From: Macrostomum lignano
Lineage: Eukaryota
Direction: 5' to 3'
NCBI GenBank assembly: GCA_002269645.1
Contig: NIVC01003132.1
Coordinates: forward strand, 1-53,026
Length of the DNA stretch: 53,026 bases
The notes below the pieces were generated by a model. The model worked only from the letters and a program-made list of their open reading frames with translations, had not been told where the DNA came from and made no database searches. Positions 45,753 through 53,026 of the stretch are shown here, in pieces (within the stretch, counting starts at the first letter, position 1; each line of letters begins with the position of its first letter). A program made the position numbers and the translations under genes.

Positions 45753-46435
45753 GTGATCAAAGTCTTGAAGCAGATTTGATCTGTTTGGCATGCCGCAGGG
45801 AGAGTCCCATGCTAGATTGCACTACTTTTAATCAATCTAATCCGTGTTTATTCGCTGCCTTAGCCGCATGCCGGGTTTGCTTATGAGGAGTTTAAAAGTA
45901 CATTCTACCGCTGATTTAACATTATCCACGCGAATAATGCGCGAATTCTGTTTTGTGTTGCCGTGCCTAACTTGTCACCATGGTGAATGATCACCCAAAA
46001 TGATTTCAAACCTACGCGAAGGTGCTGCAATACAAGAAAAAGTGCAGCGAGATGGAGGCAAAAGTTCAGGTGATGGAGCAGGAAGCTGACCGCAAACGCG
46101 TGAGTCCAAGCTGACGGCTTGATTTTTGCGTTTAAAACAAAAGCACAAACGTTGATTTCGTAGCCATAGCAACAGCACCTTGGCTGTCCGTTTTATCCAA
46201 ACCCGATTATAATCCTCTCGGAGTTGCGGATTTACGTTCTGCACCGTGTTTGCTGCTGTCTACCAATAATTCTGCACCGGTCTAATTTCATAATCTGTAT
46301 GTTTTTATAACATCTTATTGATTTAACTGTTTTCTGCTAAGTAGCAGCTTTTAGAAATATTCTTATTATAGATTGAAATTTTAAAACTTGTCTCCGTGGC
46401 GTGGCACTTGTACATTTAGGGGTATGGCTGTGTCT

Positions 46436-48645
46436 AGTGAGGGACTGGGGCAGGGGTATAGTGAGGGACTGGGGCAGGGGTATAGTGAGGGACTGGGGCA
46501 GGGGTATAGTGAGGGACTGGGGCAGGGGTATAGTGAGGGACTGGGGCAGGGGTATAGTGAGGGACTGGGGCAGGGGTATAGTGAGGGACTGGGCAGGGGT
46601 ATAGTGAGGGACTGGGGCAGGGGTATTGTGAGGGACTGGGGCAGGGGTATTGTGAGGGACTGGGTCAGGGGTATAGTGAGGGACTGGGTCAGGGGTATTG
46701 TGAGGGACTGGGGCAGGGGTATAGTGAGGGACTGGGGCAGGGGTATAGTGAGGGACTGGAGCAGGGGTATAGTGAGGGACTGGGGCAGGGGTATAGTGAG
46801 GGACTGGGGCAGGGGTATAGTGAGGGACTGGGGCAGGGGTATAGTGAGGGACTGGGGCAGGGGTATAGTGAGGGACTGGGGCAGGGGTATAGTGAGGGAC
46901 TGGGGCAGGGGTATAGTGAGGGACTGGGCAGGGGTATAGTGAGGGACTGGGGCAGGGGTATTGTGAGGGACTGGGGCAGGGGTATTGTGAGGGACTGGGT
47001 CAGGGGTATAGTGAGGGACTGGGTCAGGGGTATTGTGAGGGACTGGGGCAGGGGTATTGTGAGGGACTGGGGCAGGGGTATTGTGAGGGACTGGGGCAGG
47101 GGTATTGTGAGGGACTGGGGCAGGGGTATTGTCAGGGACTTGGGCAGGGGTATTGTGAGGGACTGGGTCAGGGGTATAGTGAGGGACTGGGGCAGGGGTA
47201 TAGTGAGGGACTGGGGCAGGGGTATAGTGAGGGACTGGGGCAGGGGTATTGTGGGGGACTGGGGCAGGGGTATAGTGAGGGACTGGTCAGGGGTATAGTG
47301 AGGGACTGGGTCAGGGGTATAGTGAGGGACTGGGTCAGGGGTATAGTGAGGGACTGGGGCAGGGGTATTGTGGGGGACTGGGGCAGGGGTATAGTGAGGG
47401 ACTGGTCAGGGTATAGTGAGGGACTGGTCAGGGGTATAGTGAGGGACTGGGGCAGGGGTATAGTGAGGAACTGGGTCAGGGGTATAGTGAGGGACTGGGG
47501 CAGGGGTATAGTGAGGAACTGGGTCAGGGGTATAGTGAGGGACTGGGGCAGGGGTATTGTGAGGGACTGGGGCAGGGGTATAGTGAGGGACTGGGGCAGG
47601 GGTATAGTGAGGGACTGGGTCAGGGGTATAGTGAGGGACTGGGGCAGGGGTATAGTGAGGGACTGGGTCAGGGGTATAGTGAGGGACTGGGGCAGGGGTA
47701 TTGTGAGGGACTGGGTCAGGGGTATAGTGAGGGACTGGGTCAGGGGTATTGTGAGGGACTGGGGCAGGGGTATTGTGAGGGACTGGGGCAGGGGTATTGT
47801 GAGGGACTGGGGCAGGGGTATTGTGAGGGACTGGGGCAGGGGTATTGTCAGGGACTTGGGCAGGGGTATTGTGAGGGACTGGGTCAGGGTATAGTGAGGG
47901 ACTGGGGCAGGGGTATAGTGAGGGACTGGGGCAGGGGTATAGTGAGGGACTGGGGCAGGGGTATTGTGGGGGACTGGGGCAGGGGTATAATGAGGGACTG
48001 GTCAGGGGTATAGTGAGGGACTGGGTCAGGGGTATAGTGAGGGACTGGGTCAGGGGTATAGTGAGGGACTGGGGCAGGGGTATTGTGGGGGACTGGGGCA
48101 GGGGTATAGTGAGGGACTGGTCAGGGGTATAGTGAGGGACTGGTCAGGGGTATAGTGAGGGACTGGGTCAGGGGTATAGTGAGGGACTGGGGCAGGGGTA
48201 TAGTGAGGAACTGGGTCAGGGGTATAGTGAGGGACTGGGGCAGGGTATTGTGAGGGACTGGGGCAGGGGTATAGTGAGGGACTGGGGCAGGGGTATAGTG
48301 AGGGACTGGAGCAGGGGTATTGTGGGGGACTGGGGCAGGGGTATTGTGAGGGACTGGGGCAGGGGTATTGTGAGGGACTGGGGCAGGGGTATTGTGGGGG
48401 ACTGGGGCAGGGGTATAGTGGGGGACTGGGGCAGGGGTATTGTGGGGGACTGGGGCAGGGGTATAGTGAGGGACTGGGGCAGGGGTATAGTGGGGGACTG
48501 GGGCAGGGGTAAAGTGGGGGACTGGGGCAGGGGTATTGTGGGGGACTGGGGCAGGGGTATAGTGAGGGACTGGGGCAGGGGTATAGTGGGGGACTGGGGC
48601 AGGGGTAAAGTGAGGGACTGGGGCAGGGGTATTGTGGGGACTGGG
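46436..48645. repeat. 24-bp G-rich minisatellite (gtgagggactggggcaggggtata), ~92 units
   Basis: Direct periodicity, three G3-4 tracts per unit. Confidence 0.97.
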
Positions 48646-48877
48646 TTAGGCCGTGATTTTTGTCCCTGTCTCGCGCAGCACAGAGAAACTGCATGCACAG
48701 CCAGCTTATTTAACCTGCAATCGCAGCTATTTTAATTTAACAAACGCGGACTCTCTCTAGCGGTTTTTTATTCGGTGCCATGGCATCCAAATTTTACTTG
48801 GCGGGCTGCGGTCAGTTATTCCAATGCTGCACAAGCATTGATCAGTTTTTTCCCCATTTGCGCTCCCGCTGTTGCAG

Positions 48878-48993
48878 AACGACAGCTACCAGTTCAAGCT
48901 GGACTCTGAGACTCGCCTGCGCTCTGGAGGCGATGAAGACCATTCAAGCGATCTGGAGTCGGCCCTCATCCGCCTTGAGGAGGAGCAGCAGAG
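48878..48993 (+). CDS. CROCC: Rootletin exon (NDSYQFK...DHSSDLESALIRLEEEQQR)
   Basis: Acceptor gctgttgcAG (phase 0), donor AG|GTGGGC (phase 2). Matches human EHSQDLESALIRLEEEQQR. Confidence 0.9.
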
Positions 48994-49389
48994 GTGGGCA
49001 AGCAGCGGTGCTTTTTACTTAGGGAGTTTTTCCCCTGCCCCACAAAGTCCAATATTGTCTCAGCAAGCGATGCAACACGCAGTCAGCATCCCTGATGAGG
49101 AAATTGCGGGTGGTTGACACCGGCATTCTGCTGAAGAATTATTAATTTCCCCCAATTCCTGGGACTGTGCCGGTACTGCGTGTTTCTTCTCATTGTTATT
49201 CTAGTCTGCAGCCAGTTGCTGCTGTCCTCCAGGGGGGATTCAAGTGCCGCCTAGGGAGAAATTTTGGGAGCAGCTTTGAGCACGATGTCTGCTCTTCGGA
49301 GCAAATCCTCGCCCTTTTCCACCAGCTTTTATAAGCTTGCTTCTCGTTGCCCTTCACTGAGTGTCTCTGCACTGAACTCTGGCATCCAC

Positions 49390-50000
49390 GCACCGCCATT
49401 CCTTATCTCTTCCGCTCTATCCGTCATCTGCTCTGCCCCCACCCTCATCTCTTCCGCCCCACCCTCCTCTCTTCCGCCCCACCCTCCTCTCTTCCGCATC
49501 TACCCTCCTCTCTTTTGCCCCCACCCTCCTCTCATCCGCCCCACCCTCATCTCTTCCGCTCTATTCCTCATCTCTTTCGCCGCCACCCTCATCTCTTCCG
49601 CTCTCTTTCTCGCCTTTTCCGCCCCACCCTCATCACTTCTGCCCCACCCTCGTCACTTCTGCCCCATCCTCATCACTTCCGCCCCCACCCTCATCACTTC
49701 CGCCCCCACCCTCATCACTTCTGCCCCACCCTCGTCACTTCCGCCCCCACCCTCATCACTTCTGCCCCACCCTCATCACTTCCGCCCCCACCCTCATCAC
49801 TTCCGCCCTCACCCTCGTCACTTCCGCCCCTCCCTTATCTCTTCCGCCGCTACTTCATCTCTTCCGCCCCTACCCTCATCTCTTCCGCTCCTACCCTCAT
49901 CACTTTCGCCCCTACCCTCATCACTTCCGCCCCTACCATTATCTTTTCCGTTCTACTCCCCATCTCTTCCGCTCTATCCATCATCTGCTCCGTCCCCCCA
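49390..50000. repeat. ~21-bp C-rich minisatellite (tccgcccccaccctcatcact)
   Basis: Direct periodicity. Confidence 0.88.
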
Positions 50001-50829
50001 CCCCCATCTTTTTTGCATTCCATCTTCCTTTTTATTTCGGCACTCTAAACTTCTGTTTGTCTCTTTTTAGCACCACTTGATATGCCATTCCTGCCCATAA
50101 CCGATCTTATTACTCAGCCATGTCCCACCCAACGCGGCAACCAACTCGCCCTCTATCATCCCCCTAGTTTATCCCACTCACTCGCTCCCCGTACCACCGA
50201 TGAGTCGCCATAAAAAGTTTCAGTTAGCAATGTGTATTATCAATTGTTTCCATTTGTACACCCGGCGCTCTCCCTACTACCCACTGCCCTGTCCCGTGCT
50301 CATAAAACAAGATGGAATGCAGTGAGGCAGCATGAGGTGGGGAGTTTGCCCGCTCAATTTTTTTCATCAAGAATGTTTTGTAAGGCTGGGGAGGCAGAGA
50401 GGCAAGGCGCAGTTGTAAAAACATCAGAAATGTTTATGAGAGAGTTTGTGAGAGTAGTGCAGCGCATCTTTACCCTCCACTGCCTGCCTGCCCCGCTCTC
50501 TTGTATGAGGCTTCAACCCTGCTGAGTAGGGCGGTGTTTTGCCTTCTTGTGCTTGTTTCGCTCTGTGCTCAAGCCACCCATGAGCGCACTTGTGAACGTA
50601 GAATATTTGATTGTGAATCGGTAGTGACAGATTTTGTACACGAACAAAGTGGTTGTGAATCATGGCTGAGAAATGGGCATTTAAACGGAATGGGAATCAA
50701 GTGGGAAAAATCGAAAGAAGAAGAATATGGGTGTGAATGTCAATCAACGTTTGGACTTGTGAACGAATATAGGGTAGTAATAGTATGAGAACGGGAGTAA
50801 TAGGTTAAGTCACGTACTGACAGGCGTGA

Positions 50830-51352
50830 ATCAAGAGTATGAGGCGTGAATGAAGGCTGCCAGACGTGAATCAAAGCCGAGATATGCGAATCAAGGCTGC
50901 GAGGCGTGAATCAAGAGTGAGATTTGTGAATCGAGGCCGAGAGACATAAATCAATTATGAGATATGTGAATCAAGACTGAAACATGTTAATCAAGACTGA
51001 GATTTGTGAATAAAGGCTGAGAGACGTCAATCAAGGCTGAGATATGTGAATCAAGGCTGAAATATGTGAATCAAGGCTGAGATATGTGAATCAAGGCTGA
51101 GATATGTGAATCAAGGCTGAGATATGTGAATCAAGATTGAGATATGTGAATCAAGATTGAGATATGTGAATCAAGGCTGAGATATGTGAATCAAGGCTGA
51201 GATATGCGAATCATGATTGAGATATGTGAATCAAGGCTGAAGTATGTGAATCAAGGCTGAGATATGTGAATCAATATTGAGATATGTGAATCAAGGCTGA
51301 GATATGTGAATCAAGATTGAGATATGTGAATCAAGGCTGAGATATGTGAATA
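50830..51352. repeat. 20-bp minisatellite (gagatatgtgaatcaaggct), ~26 units
   Basis: Direct periodicity with a divergence gradient from left to right. Confidence 0.93.
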
Positions 51353-51445
51353 AACCCGAGTTCAGTTCATAAAAGTTTATAGGATGCTTAGCAACGTCCT
51401 TAGCATTCGAGTCCTTGTCTACCACCGACCCGAACGCCCGCCCAG

Positions 51446-52085
51446 ATCGGCCTCCCTGGCCCACGTGAACGCGATGCTGCGGGAGCAGCTGGACCAGGCC
51501 ACCCAGGTGAACCAGTCGCTCACGGAGGACATGAAGCGGCTCAGCGAGGACTTCCAGCGCACCCGGTCCGACCTCGAGCGCCGCGAGTCCGAATGGCGCG
51601 ATGAGGAGGCCAGCTTCTCCGAGTACTTCTCGTCCGAGCACAACCGCCTGCTGTCGCTGTGGCGCAACCTGGTGAGCTTCCGGCGCCAGTTCAACGAGCT
51701 GAAGACCGCCAACGAGCGCGACTTGAACAACTTCAAGAACGAGATGACCCGCCAGTCCCGCGGCGTCCACGCGGCCTGCCAGAATCTCAATGCCAACCTG
51801 AAATCGGCCGAGACGCAGGGCGCCGTGGCGCTGGATCAGGAGCGCTCCGGGCGCGCCAATCTGGAATCGGCGCTCCGCGAACGAACCCGGGAGCTGCAGG
51901 ACCTGCAGGCCAAGTTCGAGGCGCATCAGGCCGACCTGAGCGGCCGGGTCAACGAGCTGTCGGTGCAGAACGAGAAGCTGAAATTCCAGTTGGCCGAGAA
52001 GGATCGAACCCTGTCCCACCTGCAGCGGCTGCGCAGCAGCGGCGGCGGCGGCAGCGCAAGTCGCTCGCAATCTGCCGAGCCACCG
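51446..52085 (+). CDS. CROCC: Rootletin exon (SASLAHVNAMLREQLDQ...YFSSEHNRLLSLWRNLVSFRR...ERDL...)
   Basis: Acceptor cgcccAG (phase 2), donor CCG|GTGAGT. Strong match to the rootletin domain SASLAQVNAMLREQLDQ...YFSNEHSRLLLLWRQVVGFRR. Confidence 0.93.
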
Positions 52086-52209
52086 GTGAGTTTCTCTCAG
52101 GCTTGAGGTCTGCTGCGATCTCCTGAGTCTGAGTATGCGGATGCTTGAGATTTGTCAGTGTAGGAGATTGTTTATGCGGTTAGTTTATTTTAGCATCGAT
52201 ATCTAATCT

Positions 52210-52530
52210 AATGGGTGAGATTATTTTAGATTAATATCAAATCTCATTGGTGGGATCATTTGATATCAATATCAAATCTCATGGGTGGGATTATTTGAGA
52301 TCAATATCAAATCTCATAGGTGAGATTATTTGATATCAATATCAAATCTAATGGGTGAGATTATTTGACATCAATATCAAATTCATGGGTGAGATTATTT
52401 GAGATCAATAGCAAATCTCATGGGTGAGATTATTTGAGATCAATATCAAATCTAATGGGTGAGATTATTTGGGATTACGTGTAGTCTAATCTATGAGGTG
52501 AGATTATTTGAGATCAATGAGATCAATATC
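52210..52530. repeat. 35-bp minisatellite (atcaatatcaaatctcatgggtgagattatttgag)
   Basis: Direct periodicity with an internal hairpin. Confidence 0.88.
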
Positions 52531-52559
52531 TAATTTATTCCTCTCGGACTCAAATCCAG

Positions 52560-52812
52560 GGTGCTGACGACGCGGCCACACGCGCGCTAATCGAGGAGAC
52601 CGAGGCGCATGCACCAGAGCCTGCGCGACATTGCCCAGGCCGTCTCAGCGACGCCGACGGGTACCGCGATTCTCGGACGCCGGTCGGGTCGCTCCGTGTC
52701 GCCGGTCGTCGCGGCGGTCGCTCGCCGGCGGTCGGCAGCGCTCGCGGTCTCCTGCGTTCGCTGACTCCACCTAGCAGCGCCGTACAGCCGCGCTGAACAA
52801 GAGGCCTTGCAG
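52560..52812 (+). CDS. CROCC: Rootletin exon with apparent indel errors (GADDAATRALIEETEA..MHQSLRDIAQAV.SDAD...SPAFADST.AAVQAALNKR.LQ)
   Basis: Acceptor aaatccAG, donor CAG|GTAGGC. Motifs match human LRDIAQAVLSD and SALHKRQLQ only across several single-base frameshifts. Confidence 0.7.
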
Positions 52813-52879
52813 GTAGGCCGCCTGGGGACTTTCACGCTGAGTTGATGAAGGCCGCTGTGCACCGGTGCTCCTTTGGCGC

Positions 52880-53026
52880 CTCCATGATTTTTCCAATTGG
52901 CGGCCCCATGATTTTCCCATTGGCGACCGCCCCATGATTTTCCCATTGGCGCCCATGATTCCATGATTTCCAAATTGGCGCCCATGATTTTCCCAATTGG
53001 CGCCCATGATTTTTCCCATTGGCGCC
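52880..53026. repeat. ~22-bp minisatellite (ggcgcccatgattttcccaatt), runs off the window
   Basis: Direct periodicity. Confidence 0.88.

Noticed and set aside
44764-50070. Repeat-derived ORFs ([27 protein letters not shown])
   Set aside because: Periods divisible by 3 inside rootletin introns. The conserved rootletin exons splice across them with matching phases.

Overview
Eukaryotic (animal) genomic DNA with spliceosomal introns, GC-rich exons, AT-rich relic DNA and about 25 different tandem repeats. The style fits a minisatellite-rich ciliated invertebrate such as the flatworm Macrostomum, but that is inference only. Three host genes can be spliced by hand with matching intron phases. (1) Minus strand, 9008 to <1: a secreted mucin-like protein with a signal peptide, an unrecognised helical Cys-containing domain and about 24 near-identical 60-aa S/T/A/E/V repeats. 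(2) Minus strand, 17820-13412: a 5-exon MDM1 (centriolar microtubule-binding protein) homolog. (3) Plus strand, 31429 to >52812: the 5' part of rootletin/CROCC, with internal RFX X-boxes. MDM1 and CROCC are head-to-head. Between them lie a foldback-like Mutator (MULE, ZSWIM3/FAR1-type) element whose spliced, truncated transposase reads in frame into its own 69-bp subterminal repeat array, a MITE inserted in a tRNA-SINE, and a non-autonomous Helitron. Repeat copies in this interval differ repeatedly by CpA->TpA / TpG->TpA transitions, a RIP-like pattern. Both window ends carry single-base indels that look like long-read consensus errors. There are no CRISPR arrays, rRNA genes or convincing tRNA genes. 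All protein similarities are from recall of the human proteins and family motifs, not from database searches.
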